Shown piece after piece: positions 41,366 to 52,134 of a stretch of DNA of 64,000 bases. Position numbers and translations under genes: made by a program. Under the pieces are notes generated by a model that had not been told where the DNA came from, made no database searches, and saw nothing but the letters and a program-made list of their open reading frames with translations. The first letter of the stretch is position 1. Each line of letters opens with the position of its first letter. The stretch is from a virus (lineage: Duplodnaviria > Heunggongvirae > Uroviricota > Caudoviricetes), in IMG/VR virus record IMGVR_UViG_2684623189_000005. One strand, 5' to 3'.

Positions 41366-41568
41366 AACCTCACTCCCAGCGGACGACGGCGACACCGGGT
41401 TGTCCCCAGTACCGACTCCGCATCATTGATCGCCCGGTTAAGCTCATCCAGAGAAGCCGCCGTATATTCAATTCTGCGACCATCTTTCTGGACAGACACC
41501 ACCCGTTTACCGGTTAATAAATCAAGGCGCGCCTGACGCAGCGCCTGCAGTTCAGCGACTGTAACCAT
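41362..41568 (-). CDS. W: head-tail joining protein W
   Basis: 68 aa; ...DLLTGKRVVSVQKDGRRIEYTAASLDEL... matches lambda gpW. Confidence 0.85.
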   Translation of the reverse strand: MVTVAELQALRQARLDLLTGKRVVSVQKDGRRIEYTAASLDELNRAINDAESVLGTTRCRRRPLGVRL

Positions 41569-43480
41569 TCACTCCTCCGGACAGCTTCGCTGCCAGTTCT
41601 TTAAGGGTTGGCCGGGTCGTCTCTTCTTCCCGGGATTTTGCCAGTACAGCCAGATCAAGCTGCCAGCGTTGCACGGACACACGTAATGCCGCGTAGGCAT
41701 ACACCAGGCAGTCCAGCGCTTCGTTACGCCGCTTTTTGTTATCCCACAGCAGACGCATCTTTCCTTTTTCCCACTTCTCCACAAGCTCTTCCGCGACCAG
41801 TTGCTGCGCCTCTGTCTGCGAAAAAATCTCCGGATCATCAGGAAAACGGATAGCATACGACGTGGCTTCATCCACAGGCGTGGGATCGGCTTTCATACGG
41901 GCATAGAGAATTTCTTTTGCGGTGTCCGTCCCCACTTCACACAGATACACGCCCCGCTGATTGCGGGTTTTTGGCATGGTGATCACCGGCTTGCCATAGA
42001 CAGATGCGCCTTTTACCGGCAGCACCCGGAAAACACCGTGTTTTTTTGACCTCTGATAAACGATTTCGCCATCGATCCCCCCGATGTCCCAGCAGACACG
42101 GGAAATGGTCATTTCGGTTCCGTCTGCATGGCGGTATTTTTTGTTGATCGCCGCATCCACACGTAACAGCGTCTCTTCCTCATCGGGACGCCCCATAATG
42201 ATGATTTTATCCACCAGAAAGGCTTCCTCTCCCGGAGCCCATCCCCAGACATACATCTCAAAACGGTTTCGCTGCGAGTCAATGCCCGCCGTCAGATAAA
42301 CCACCCGGGCAGGCACCGCCGCCGTGTAACGCACAACCTTATCCATCAGCACCTGGTGATCGAGTTTTTCGCCCACAGCCTCTTCCCAGGTCTCGCCCAG
42401 CGTGGTGTTCACAAAGGTTTTCAGGCCGTTGGGATCTTTCAGTGCATCCAGCCAGTCATAGACAATCTGTACCCAGGTGGTGAACGGACTGTACGCCGTC
42501 CAGATATGGAAAGTGATGGAGCGCGGCGGCGGAATTTCATCACCCCGGGCGCTGAAAAACATCAGGCCGTCACGGGTCCACATGCCCGTGTTTTCACAGA
42601 TCCACCGCCCGTTACTCTGGTCAAGCTCAGACTGATGGATCACACAGCCATGATGCTCACAAAGGTAGAAAACACTTTCTGGCTTATTCTTCTCCCACTT
42701 AAGACCGAAAGGCGAGGCATCATCGCCAAATTTCAGATACTGCTCCTCCCCACAGTGCGGACAGGGCACATAAAAACGCATGAAGTGTGCCGACTCGTTA
42801 GCGGCTTTTTCGATCTGGCAGGAGCCTTTGATTTTAGGCGTCGAGCCGCGAATGGATTTTGGCCATACAGAGCCCTCAATACGTTTATCCCCCAGCAGGG
42901 TTGGCGAACCCTCTTTTTCAACATCCGGTTCGAACGAGGAAAGCTCGTCATAACAGACCACATCCACGGATTTTTCACGGTAGTTTTTTGCTGCCGCACC
43001 ACCCAGACACCAGAACCCCACACCGGAGGAAAAACGCTTCAGGGTGAGCGTATTATCGCGGTGTTTTCTTCCGAACCATGGAGCCAGCTCCAGCAATGCA
43101 GGAACATCCCTTATCGTTGGCTCAACATGAGATTTCATAAAATCTTCAGCAGCTGAGTCCGTGGGCTGAAAAAGAAGGCTGTTGCGTGATTTATGCTCAA
43201 TAAAATAAGCCTCCACTCCCAGCAACATCTTTGTATAACCAACACGGGCAGATTTAATCAGGTTAACCGTGCGAATCAGATCGTTGCCCATACAGTTCAT
43301 GATGCCAACCTGAAACGGCAGTGTTTCCCATCGCCCCGGGGTATAAGACGACTCTTTAGGAAGGTAATAATGTTTATTGGCCCACTGAACTGTCGTCAGT
43401 GGAACAGGAATAATGAGAGATAAAAGCCCTGTAGCTATCGCACCGGCTGCATTAGCTGCCTTCTGCGCGTCTGAAATCAT
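41552..43480 (-). CDS. A: terminase large subunit A
   Basis: ATG at 43478-43480 ([11 protein letters not shown]...); near-identity to lambda gpA across the body. Confidence 0.9.
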
Positions 43481-44000
43481 CGATCCACCCGCCCACGTTT
43501 TCACCGGCCTTAGCTGCAACATTGGAGGCTTTCGCGATTTCAGTTTTCACCACATCAAGGTGTGATGGTGAAATGTCCGGATATTTACGCTGTAATGTCA
43601 ACGGCACACGCACAAGTATCCCCGAAATCTCCTGTGCCACACGTTGCAGAATGAAGGTAAACAGTTCAGTTTCCAGCACTACTCCGTCTTCACGGGCATT
43701 TTTCAGTTCCTGCGCATCTGCCTGCGCTTTTGTGAGCCGGTAGCGTTCATAGTCAATGGTGCCGGGTTGTAAATCTGACTCCGCTGCCGCACGCAAATCG
43801 TCCAGTTCTTTGCGGAGCTTTTCGTTTTCGATATCAGTTTCCCTCTGCGCATACCACTGAATTGCCATGGCAGTATCAAATACAGATTCAATGCCCTTAC
43901 TACCTTTGGAGGCGCAAGGGAGTCCCTGAGACTGCCAGCGTTCAATCGTCCGCGGGTCCACGTTGAAAATTTCGGCAAGCCTCTTTTTATTAACCTTCAT
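43452..44000 (-). CDS. nu1: terminase small subunit Nu1
   Basis: 182 aa; [28 protein letters not shown]... matches lambda Nu1. Confidence 0.9.
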
Positions 44001-44200
44001 GAAAACAACCCATTATCAAATACAAGGCCCGACATGAAAACGCCAGAAAAAGGCATTTTCGGACACTTTCATGTCGGACCTTTACGGATGCAATATTAAA
44101 AAAAACAAAAAGTTATATTCGAGAAGTACCGACACGATTTTCCCTGAAAAATTTTCATAAATAGTGAAAAACCGCGAGGTCGCCGCCCCGTAACCTGTTG
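44001..44200 (-). promoter_or_regulatory. cos: cos site (cosB plus cosN); cosN 12-mer at about 44177-44188
   Basis: Minus strand reads TTACGGGGCGGCGACCTCGCGGTTTTTCACTATTTATGAAAATTTT..., containing the lambda cohesive-end sequence GGGCGGCGACCT about 180 bp upstream of Nu1. Confidence 0.8.
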
Positions 44201-44336
44201 GATCGACGGAAAGGACCCGAAAACGAGAATAATTATCACTTACAGCAAGAATCGAATCTGATCTATTATGGTGCTTGCTATTATGTGCCGGCACAAGTGC
44301 GTCGTTTACCGTCATTTCACACAGAGGCATCATCAA

Positions 44337-44588
44337 ATGAAAATCAGAAATATTCTCGCTATCTCCCTTGCGACATCATCCTTCAGTTGCCTGGCATTTA
44401 AATCCTCGCCCAATGTGCTACCAGGACCAACGAATCAACTAACTGCGGTAGAAAGTAAAATTATCGGACATTTTTATGCCCCACACAGTACATTACCCGG
44501 AACAACCATCACAGGGACATGTGACGCCTCCCCCGTCCCGGGATGCACCTGTCCGTTTTGTACTATGCTGCGTAGCCAAAACCGATAA
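44337..44588 (+). CDS. small secreted Cys-containing protein (hypothetical moron)
   Basis: MKIRNILAISLATSSFSCLA... looks like a signal peptide; region looks AT-rich by eye. Confidence 0.3.
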   Translation: MKIRNILAISLATSSFSCLAFKSSPNVLPGPTNQLTAVESKIIGHFYAPHSTLPGTTITGTCDASPVPGCTCPFCTMLRSQNR

Positions 44589-44649
44589 CATCCGCATTTA
44601 CCTGGTATTCCATGATGAGTTCACGCAGCGACTGATAGAGGAAGGAAAG

Positions 44650-44829
44650 ATGGTTAGTAAAAGCAAGGCGCATTGCCGCCGCATGCTGCAGGCATTGCAA
44701 CAGACGAGAGCAGGTATTTTTGACCAGTTGGAAAACTGCCAGCATACTTTGCCCGAGTATATCGCCATCTCATCGGAAACCAGTGCAACTCTTATTCATC
44801 GGGTTCCACCAGAGAAAAAGAAGAAATGA
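44650..44829 (+). CDS. hypothetical small protein
   Basis: Strong SD GAGGAAGGAAAG before ATG; 59 aa; no homology recognised. Confidence 0.3.
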   Translation: MVSKSKAHCRRMLQALQQTRAGIFDQLENCQHTLPEYIAISSETSATLIHRVPPEKKKK

Positions 44830-44951
44830 ACAGTGAGGCGTTGTGTGGCATACAACGCCTTCTTCCATCATTCCTCGTCAGCCATGACAAAAATATAACC
44901 GCTGGCTCTTTCATTTTTCTCCTGCTTCCAGCCCCTCTCTACCTGGAAGCA

Positions 44952-45278
44952 TCAAGGACGTGACGGCGTAAAGATAAATTGTCTCTTCACTCCCTGACAG
45001 GGGCGATTCTTTTCAAATCGCCATTTCGCCATGGCCTTCACCACTTCATCACGAAACAAATTATGAGGCTCTGAGCGGAGAAAAACGATCCGTGTCACAG
45101 TCCCATCAGCACCAATATCGAACTTAACCTCAACCAGCCCCTTGATATAATTTGCTGCAGCATATTCCGGATATCGTGGATACACCGTCACTAATTGCCG
45201 GGGCTCATCAGCTTTTTGCTGCGAGCATCCCACTGCCAGGACAGATAACAGAAAAAGTAGTAAAAGGCGTCTTTTCAT
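44952..45278 (-). CDS. lipoprotein with TonB C-terminal-like domain
   Basis: MKRRLLLLFLLSVLAVGCSQQ... lipoprotein-type signal; ...YPRYPEYAAANYIKGLVEVKFDIGADGTV... resembles a TonB C-terminal fold. Confidence 0.5.
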   Translation of the reverse strand: MKRRLLLLFLLSVLAVGCSQQKADEPRQLVTVYPRYPEYAAANYIKGLVEVKFDIGADGTVTRIVFLRSEPHNLFRDEVVKAMAKWRFEKNRPCQGVKRQFIFTPSRP

Positions 45279-45758
45279 TTTTATTCCTACGGGTCTTATT
45301 CTGACAATATATCCTGTGTTCCAGACTGCCACATCACCACATCCTGTGCCATTATCTGACTCACATTACATACATCGCATCGGGATACAGTAGTAGCACT
45401 TTCTGTAATACAGCTTCCTGTTTCTTCCACCATCGCACCGGGATAAACCCGCGAATCATTAACGCGGTAAAAACCCGGTGTGCATCGTTTTTAATTATTC
45501 CCGCACACTCACGCAGAAGGAATTCCCCGTCGGGCTACGGTCATGGTTAATGCGGGAATACGGCGACGATACAGCGCAGCTAAAAGGGTAATGGACGGAT
45601 AGACCGGTTTATTTCATTCCACAGGATTCTGAGTGTCCCCAACTTCCTCCAATAGTCTGAGCCCACCTGTGTAGTTTTAATTTTCATCAATCCATTTAAC
45701 TATCGTTTAATTGTTGTCACATAGGATTCTGCCGTTTTTAACAATGCAGGATAATAAG

Positions 45759-46052
45759 ATGAAAAAAATGTTGTTTTCTGCCGCTCTGGCAATGCTTATT
45801 ACAGGATGTGCTCAACAGACGTTTACTGTTGGAAACAAACCTACAGCAGTAACACCAAAGGAAACCATCACCCATCATTTCTTCGTTTCGGGAATTGGGC
45901 AGAAGAAAACTGTCGATGCAGCAAAAATTTGTGGTGGTGCAGAAAATGTTGTTAAAACAGAAACCCAGCAAACATTCGTAAATGGATTGCTCGGTTTTAT
46001 TACTTTAGGCATTTATACTCCGCTGGAAGCGCGTGTGTATTGCTCACAATAA
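45759..46052 (+). CDS. bor: Bor lipoprotein (serum-resistance, Iss-like)
   Basis: MKKMLFSAALAMLITGCAQQTFTV...EARVYCSQ matches lambda Bor; transcribed opposite to the late genes as in lambda. Confidence 0.85.
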   Translation: MKKMLFSAALAMLITGCAQQTFTVGNKPTAVTPKETITHHFFVSGIGQKKTVDAAKICGGAENVVKTETQQTFVNGLLGFITLGIYTPLEARVYCSQ

Positions 46053-46083
46053 TTGCATGAGTTGCCCATCGATATGGGCAGCT

Positions 46084-46545
46084 CTATCTGCACTGCTCAT
46101 TAATATACTTCTGGGTTCCTTCCAGTTGTTTTTGCATAGTGATCAGCCTCTCTCTGAGGGTGAAATAATCCCGTTCAGCGGTGTCTGCCAGTCGGGGGGA
46201 GGCTGCATTATCCACGCCGGAGGCGGTGGTGGCTTCACGCACTGACTGACAGACTGCTTTGATGTGCAACCGACGACGACCAGCGGCAACATCATCACGC
46301 AGAGCATCATTTTCAGCTTTCGCATCAGCTAACTCCTTCGTGTATTTTGCATCGAGCGCAGCAACATCACGCTGACGCATCTGTATGTCAGTAATTACCG
46401 CGTTCGCCAGCGTCAGTTCTCTGGCATTTTTGTCGCGCTGGGCTTTGTAGGTAATGGCGTTATCACGGTAATGATTAACAGCCCATGACAGGCAGACGAT
46501 GATGCAGATAACCAGAGCGGAGATAATCGCGGTTACTCTGTTCAT
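46084..46545 (-). CDS. Rz: i-spanin Rz
   Basis: [36 protein letters not shown]... matches lambda Rz. Confidence 0.85.
   Translation of the reverse strand: MNRVTAIISALVICIIVCLSWAVNHYRDNAITYKAQRDKNARELTLANAVITDIQMRQRDVAALDAKYTKELADAKAENDALRDDVAAGRRRLHIKAVCQSVREATTASGVDNAASPRLADTAERDYFTLRERLITMQKQLEGTQKYINEQCR
46143..46325 (-). CDS. Rz1: o-spanin Rz1 lipoprotein embedded in Rz in another frame
   Basis: [60 protein letters not shown] matches lambda Rz1. Confidence 0.85.
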   Translation of the reverse strand: MRKLKMMLCVMMLPLVVVGCTSKQSVSQCVKPPPPPAWIMQPPPDWQTPLNGIISPSERG

Positions 46546-47039
46546 TGCTGACCCCACAAACAGATTTCACGCTCAATCTCACGACGAGTCATGAGACCTT
46601 TCCATTGCTTACCGCCAGCATATGTCCAGCGACGTAGCTGATCACATGCGCCTTTGATATCGCCCTGGTTTATTTTGCGAAGAAGCGTCGATGTTCTGAA
46701 ATTGCCAGCACCCACGTTGTAAACGAATGAGTAAAGAGCGCCGCGCATTGTTTCCGGTATATCGACTTTGATGTACGGGTTAATTTGTCTGGCGACCGTG
46801 GCAAGGTCTTTATTCAGGAGGGCTTTGCATTCTGCTTTGGTATACGTTTTACCGAGCATGATGTCTTTTCCTGTATGCCCGTGACATACAGTCCATACAC
46901 CAACAATATCTTTGTATGGTATGTAGCTGACACCTTCCAGACCATCGTTACCACTTGGGCCAGTGATTAACACTGATGCTATAGCAATTGCTCCGCCACC
47001 AATAGCAGCAGCAACGGCTTTTCGTAATGATGGAGGCAT
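46542..47039 (-). CDS. R: SAR endolysin (T4-lysozyme family, phage 21 R-type)
   Basis: 165 aa; N-terminal weakly hydrophobic Gly/Ala-rich SAR segment [18 protein letters not shown], then a lysozyme domain. Confidence 0.85.
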   Translation of the reverse strand: MPPSLRKAVAAAIGGGAIAIASVLITGPSGNDGLEGVSYIPYKDIVGVWTVCHGHTGKDIMLGKTYTKAECKALLNKDLATVARQINPYIKVDIPETMRGALYSFVYNVGAGNFRTSTLLRKINQGDIKGACDQLRRWTYAGGKQWKGLMTRREIEREICLWGQQ

Positions 47040-47254
47040 TATTCACCTCTCGCAGCCTTGCGCTTATCTTCTTTAATCTTGAAATAAAGGTTTGTCAGGT
47101 ACGTCAGCAGGCCAAATACCAGGCTACCCAGCACACCTATTGCCGCCCACTGTGAGGGCGTGACTTTATCGAGCAACTGTAAAAACCAGTACCCGGCACT
47201 ACCTGCTGAGGTACCATAGGCGACACCCGTTGTTAACTTATCCATGGATTTCAT
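47039..47254 (-). CDS. S: class II holin / pinholin (phage 21 S-type) with MKSM dual-start motif
   Basis: 71 aa; ...[62 protein letters not shown] matches S21. Confidence 0.85.
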
Positions 47255-47842
47255 AACCCCACCTCGCAGACAAAGCGGGTGTAAATTAAGGGGATACTAC
47301 GTATCGCAATAAAGGCAGAAACGTAACAGATTCGGAGTCAGTGAATAACTCAGGTATTGGGTTATCAGCTAATATCGAGACTCAAAAAATGGAAAAACCC
47401 GCTCGACGGCGGGTTTAAGCTGTGTGACGAAGTAACCACTCTTAACAGCATAACCAATTTTTTACGTACGTAAACTACTAAATGATATTTGTGAGAATGC
47501 CACCGAGTGTTCAAAACACCACCACAAATGCATAAGAAAACTTCAACAAATAACCAGTTAATAATTTCCGATGTTATTTTTAGTTTGTTTAAATTAAGCT
47601 AAAGAATTATAGAGCACTTATAAATAAGTGCCATTAATATAAATTAGCTAATAGATTTATTTTTGTTCAGACAAGAGCCATGAATAGGATTAGATAGAAA
47701 AGGTTCAGATAAAAATAGAGATCTACTTCACAAATTAAATGAGAAACTAAAACTTACATCTTGAAATAATCACATTGATTAGATGAATATTTATCGCGCA
47801 GTGACATCATTTTTTAATAATAGTTCAAAAAAAGGGCGTACA

Positions 47843-48925
47843 ATGAAAAAATTAACAGTGGCAATTTCTGCTGTAGCTGCATCAGTACTGATGGCGATGT
47901 CTGCTCAGGCAGCTGAAATTTATAATAAAGACAGTAACAAGCTGGATCTATACGGGAAAGTTAATGCCAAGCACTACTTCTCCTCTAATGATGCAGATGA
48001 TGGTGATACTACTTATGCCCGTCTTGGCTTCAAAGGTGAAACCCAAATCAACGATCAACTGACTGGTTTCGGTCAGTGGGAATATGAATTCAAAGGCAAC
48101 CGTGCTGAATCTCAAGGTTCTTCCAAAGACAAAACCCGTCTTGCATTTGCAGGCCTGAAATTTGGTGATTACGGCTCAATCGATTACGGCCGTAACTACG
48201 GTGTAGCATACGACATCGGTGCGTGGACTGACGTTCTGCCAGAATTCGGTGGTGATACCTGGACCCAAACAGATGTGTTCATGACTGGTCGCACTACTGG
48301 TGTTGCAACTTATCGTAACAACGACTTCTTTGGTCTGGTCGATGGCCTGAACTTTGCTGCTCAGTATCAGGGTAAAAATGACCGCACTGACGTAACTGAA
48401 GCCAATGGTGATGGTTTCGGTTTCTCCACTACTTATGAGTATGAAGGATTCGGCGTGGGTGCAACCTATGCTAAATCAGATCGCACTGACGGTCAGGTCG
48501 CCTATGGTAAGAGCAAATTCAATGCCTCCGGCAAAAATGCGGAAGTATGGGCTGCAGGCCTGAAATATGATGCGAACAATATCTATCTGGCTACCACATA
48601 TTCTGAAACTCAGAATATGACCGTTTTTGGTAATAACCATATTGCAAACAAAGCACAAAACTTTGAAGCAGTAGCACAATATCAGTTTGACTTCGGTCTG
48701 CGTCCATCTGTTGCTTACCTTCAGTCAAAAGGTAAAGACCTTGGTGTTCATGGTGACCGAGACTTAGTCAAGTATGTCGATGTCGGTGCTACTTACTACT
48801 TTAATAAAAACATGTCCACTTTTGTTGATTACAAAATCAACTTAATTGACGATAGTAAGTTTACCAAAACAGCTGGTATTGATACCGACGACATCGTCGC
48901 TGTAGGTCTGGTTTATCAGTTCTAA
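47843..48925 (+). CDS. nmpC: outer-membrane porin, OmpC/OmpF family (prophage-encoded NmpC/Lc-type)
   Basis: Signal peptide [23 protein letters not shown] then [17 protein letters not shown]...; ends ...AVGLVYQF, typical of general porins. Confidence 0.85.
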   Translation: MKKLTVAISAVAASVLMAMSAQAAEIYNKDSNKLDLYGKVNAKHYFSSNDADDGDTTYARLGFKGETQINDQLTGFGQWEYEFKGNRAESQGSSKDKTRLAFAGLKFGDYGSIDYGRNYGVAYDIGAWTDVLPEFGGDTWTQTDVFMTGRTTGVATYRNNDFFGLVDGLNFAAQYQGKNDRTDVTEANGDGFGFSTTYEYEGFGVGATYAKSDRTDGQVAYGKSKFNASGKNAEVWAAGLKYDANNIYLATTYSETQNMTVFGNNHIANKAQNFEAVAQYQFDFGLRPSVAYLQSKGKDLGVHGDRDLVKYVDVGATYYFNKNMSTFVDYKINLIDDSKFTKTAGIDTDDIVAVGLVYQF

Positions 48926-48935
48926 TCTGACTTAC

Positions 48936-48974
48936 GAAAAAGATATGTTGCGGGAGGCTTTGCCTCCGCAACAT
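48936..48974 (-). terminator. hairpin plus T-tract on minus strand, about 140 nt downstream of the Q gene end (candidate tR' of the late leader)
   Basis: Minus strand: ATGTTGCGGAGGCAAAGCCTCCCGCAACAT followed by ATCTTTTTCG. Confidence 0.4.
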
Positions 48975-49062
48975 ATAAGTGGAGCCCTCAAGCCACTTCC
49001 TTTAGAAGCACTACCTTGCTTCTTACTATATAAACCTTCTGTTATATATTACCCTTTATTTT

Positions 49063-49088
49063 GGGGGCGTTTCCACGCCCCATTTTTA
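49063..49088 (+). terminator. rho-independent terminator downstream of the porin gene
   Basis: GGGGCG-TTTCCA-CGCCCC hairpin followed by ATTTTTAAT on the plus strand. Confidence 0.5.
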
Positions 49089-49113
49089 ATAACTTTTAGT
49101 AAACAATTGCATA

Positions 49114-49497
49114 TCAATTAGAATTATTAGCAACGATATCCATATCTAACCGGATATCTAATGCCATTAACATCCCTTCAATTATGCCCTCAGCCTTCTG
49201 TAACCTTTTCCCGATATAACCATCCGAGCAGCAATGCTTACTTGCCAGTGACATGAATGTCATACCACATACATAATAATCTACTAATAAATCGTGTAAA
49301 TCGCTGTTGTTCTTTTTCAGACGGGCCATGCACCCGCAAATGATCATCGCGTCATCGTCACAACATTGCGGGCGAGATTTTACTTTTGAAGGAATTAATC
49401 CCTTAAAGCCGGCGGCAATGGACGACCAGGTCACATCTTCATGATTATTAGCCGCCCACGCACCCCAACGCTCAAGAACCATCTGAATATCACGCAT
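49114..49497 (-). CDS. quuD: late antiterminator Q (phage 82 / DLP12 QuuD type)
   Basis: [34 protein letters not shown]... matches E. coli QuuD. Confidence 0.85.
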   Translation of the reverse strand: MRDIQMVLERWGAWAANNHEDVTWSSIAAGFKGLIPSKVKSRPQCCDDDAMIICGCMARLKKNNSDLHDLLVDYYVCGMTFMSLASKHCCSDGYIGKRLQKAEGIIEGMLMALDIRLDMDIVANNSN

Positions 49498-49719
49498 CAA
49501 CTTACTCCACAAAAATCAGACCAGAACGCCAATTACAAGCAAAAATCAACAAAACAGTATTAGTTGATTGTTATCTCTGACTTCATACTCCTGTTCCTGT
49601 CAGGGTTTTGGCGTAATTCTTCAGTATTCGGTAATCGGTCAAAACAGAACCGAGGAAACGATATAAGCGCAGACGCCCCCAGCGGTGGCGAAGAAGTTCT
49701 GCCATATTAAACTCAAACA

Positions 49720-50082
49720 TCATTCATTCCCCATTTCGGTGATGGTCAGTTCCAGCCTCCCACCTTTGGTAACAGGCATCTTCACAACGCGGTAATCAAC
49801 GACCTGAGCATCATCCAGCCAGAAACCTGCTTTAGTGAGTGCGTCAAAAGCGGCTTTTTGCAGATTATCCAGGTCACGGCGACGGCGATCCGGCATGTGG
49901 CACTCAATGCGGATTTTCACAGGCATAGCCAGGCCGATATCCAGCATTGCGTTTTTAATGATTCGGGCGACGTTATCGCGGTATGCCTGCCCCTCTGCGC
50001 TGACGTGCGTGCGCCCGCGATTATGGCGGTAATAGCGATTATTGCTCGGAGGCCAGGGTAATGTGATGCTGTAGGTATTCAC
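49720..50082 (-). CDS. rusA: Holliday junction resolvase RusA
   Basis: 120 aa, GTG start; [36 protein letters not shown]... matches RusA. Confidence 0.9.
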   Translation of the reverse strand: MNTYSITLPWPPSNNRYYRHNRGRTHVSAEGQAYRDNVARIIKNAMLDIGLAMPVKIRIECHMPDRRRRDLDNLQKAAFDALTKAGFWLDDAQVVDYRVVKMPVTKGGRLELTITEMGNE

Positions 50083-50190
50083 GCCTTAATAACCCCCTCT
50101 TTCAGCCACATAACCTGTGTTCTCGCCATACCTTCCAGCGCGCATTCTTTTGCATATGCAGCATCGACTTGCTTGGCATGCCCTTTACCG
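50082..50190 (-). pseudogene. ybcO: C-terminal remnant of ybcO-like gene (N-terminal part missing)
   Basis: Minus-strand translation ...[36 protein letters not shown] stop matches the YbcO C-terminus; upstream frame is not open. Confidence 0.55.
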
Positions 50191-50288
50191 GCAATCTTCT
50201 GTATGCGCTAAACCTAGATAGAATCCACTCTGTGCACATTGAAGCCCGCTCTATGCTTTCTTTCAGGTATTGAAGGGATTGAGATGGG

Positions 50289-50630
50289 CTAAGCATTATT
50301 GGCCTCCTGCATCAGGAGAAAGACAATCATGGCGGCGCGGAGAGGTCTGGTATCAAATATTGGGCTTACGCCTTTTGCATCCACACACCATTCAGTTAAC
50401 TGGTCTAAGATAGAAATCCTGTATTTCTCAATAATCGGCCATGAAGCGCTCGGATCATTGCAGTAGTCAGGCAAATGATTTAATGGCTCAAAAGTTGTAT
50501 CAGCATTTCCGTAATACCATTTGTTGGTGTTATTCCCTGATGTTTCCGGTTTACTTGCCCAAAGGCCTTTAAAAATTATGTCTCCTACCATTCTGTTAAT
50601 TTCAAAATCACTTAACTGTGAATAATCCAT
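50289..50630 (-). CDS. hypothetical nin-region protein
   Basis: [32 protein letters not shown]...; occupies the slot between ninE and the ybcO remnant; family not recognised. Confidence 0.5.
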   Translation of the reverse strand: MDYSQLSDFEINRMVGDIIFKGLWASKPETSGNNTNKWYYGNADTTFEPLNHLPDYCNDPSASWPIIEKYRISILDQLTEWCVDAKGVSPIFDTRPLRAAMIVFLLMQEANNA

Positions 50631-50632
50631 TG

Positions 50633-50809
50633 TCATTTCCTCGCACGATATCTTAGCCACCGGATATCCCACAGGTGGGCTGTGTAATTGAAGGTTTTTA
50701 CGTCAGATTCTTTTGGGATTAGCTTGCGTTTATTTCTGGAGCGTTTCGTTGGAAGGTATTTGCAGTTTTCGCAGATTATGTCGGTGATGCTTCGTCGCTG
50801 TCGTCTCAT
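50633..50809 (-). CDS. ninE: NinE
   Basis: [58 protein letters not shown] matches lambda NinE. Confidence 0.8.
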   Translation of the reverse strand: MRRQRRSITDIICENCKYLPTKRSRNKRKLIPKESDVKTFNYTAHLWDIRWLRYRARK

Positions 50810-51333
50810 GCAGCCCTCCTGACGCCCTGCCCGATCGCCATCAATGCCGCTTTGGATACGGTAGTAAACATCCGTCGAGGACTGATGAACGGTCGCCAAA
50901 TCAGCAGCATGGAGCCTTTGCTGTTTCCCTTCTTCTCCAGCCCTGTCGATGGTTCGATAAAATTAATCCGTCCATCAGTGATAATACGAACTTCGTCAAC
51001 ACTCTCCAGAGCCTTGCTGAACCATCCGACAGACATATCCTCTGGCACAAGCATCACTACCGTCTGTCGCTGTTGTATACACTGCTCAGCGGCTTTTTCC
51101 ACCCACGGCCTGATATTGCTGTACGGTGGGTTATTCCAGATTGCACCGTGGCTTACCCACTCAGAATTGAGCGCGTCGTCGTCCTCAGTTAGCCAGTGAG
51201 CGCACAGAGCATTTTTGTCGCTCGCTGCCGAATCCAGCCAGAATCCAAACTCAATATCCAGTGCATCAAAAAGCCAAAGCGGCGTTTGCCAGCAGTCCTT
51301 GTCGTGTGCTGGCGTATTTGATTTGATAGTCAT
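50806..51333 (-). CDS. phage DNA N6-adenine methyltransferase (Dam-like)
   Basis: [26 protein letters not shown]... and NPPY motif ([10 protein letters not shown]). Confidence 0.7.
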   Translation of the reverse strand: MTIKSNTPAHDKDCWQTPLWLFDALDIEFGFWLDSAASDKNALCAHWLTEDDDALNSEWVSHGAIWNNPPYSNIRPWVEKAAEQCIQQRQTVVMLVPEDMSVGWFSKALESVDEVRIITDGRINFIEPSTGLEKKGNSKGSMLLIWRPFISPRRMFTTVSKAALMAIGQGVRRAA

Positions 51334-51770
51334 GCAGCCCGATCTCCCCATCGCGCTTTCCATTCGAGAGCCAGTCGCGCTTCGTCTGACCACTTAACGC
51401 CACGCTCTGTACCGAATGCCTGTATAAGCTCTAATAGCTCCGCAAATTCGCTTACACGCATCCTGCTGGTTGACTGGCCTATTACCACAAAGCCATTCCC
51501 GGCAAGGTTAGGAACAACATCCTGCTGCTTTAATGCTGCGGTAAACACACACTTCCAGCTTTCTGCATCCAGCCAGCGACCATGCCATTCAACCTGACGA
51601 GAGACGTCACCTAAGCAGGCCCATAGCTTCCTGTTTTGGTCTAAGCTGCGGTTGCGTTCCTGAATGGTTACTACGATTGGTTTGGTTGGGTCTGGAAGGA
51701 TTTGCTGTACTGCGTGAATAGCGTTTTGCTGATGTGCCGGAGATCGAATTTCAAAGGTTAGTTTTTTCAT
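51330..51770 (-). CDS. ninB: recombination protein NinB (Orf)
   Basis: MKKLTFEIRSPAHQQNAIHAVQQILPDPTKPIVVTIQERNRSLDQN... matches lambda NinB. Confidence 0.85.
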   Translation of the reverse strand: MKKLTFEIRSPAHQQNAIHAVQQILPDPTKPIVVTIQERNRSLDQNRKLWACLGDVSRQVEWHGRWLDAESWKCVFTAALKQQDVVPNLAGNGFVVIGQSTSRMRVSEFAELLELIQAFGTERGVKWSDEARLALEWKARWGDRAA

Positions 51771-51843
51771 GACTTCCCTCTCCCCCAAATAAAAAGGCCT
51801 GCGATTACCTGCAGGCCTGTTATTAGCTCAGTGATGTAGATGG

Positions 51844-52134
51844 TCATCTTTTAACTCCATATACCGCCAATATCCGTTTCATCGTGGCACTCTGGCGACA
51901 CTCCTTAAAAATCAGGTTCGTGCTCATCTTTCCTTCCCGTTCTTCCTTGGTAGCAAACCGGTAATACACCGTTCGCCAGACCTTACCTTCGATAACCAGA
52001 AGACCTGCCCGTGCCATTTTAGCCGCGGCCTGATTTATGCTGGTTACTGTTGCGCCTGTTAGCGCGGCAACGTCCGGCGCACAGAAGCTATTATGCGTCC
52101 CCAGGTAATGAATAATTGCCTCTTTGCCCGTCAT
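51844..52134 (-). CDS. ren: Ren protein
   Basis: MTGKEAIIHYLGTHNSFCAPDVAALTGATVTSINQAAAKM... matches lambda Ren. Confidence 0.85.
   Translation of the reverse strand: MTGKEAIIHYLGTHNSFCAPDVAALTGATVTSINQAAAKMARAGLLVIEGKVWRTVYYRFATKEEREGKMSTNLIFKECRQSATMKRILAVYGVKR

Noticed and set aside
50102-50296. 64-aa minus-strand ORF upstream of rusA
   Set aside because: Its frame differs from the YbcO-matching frame and the translation is not YbcO-like; treated as a chance ORF over the ybcO remnant.
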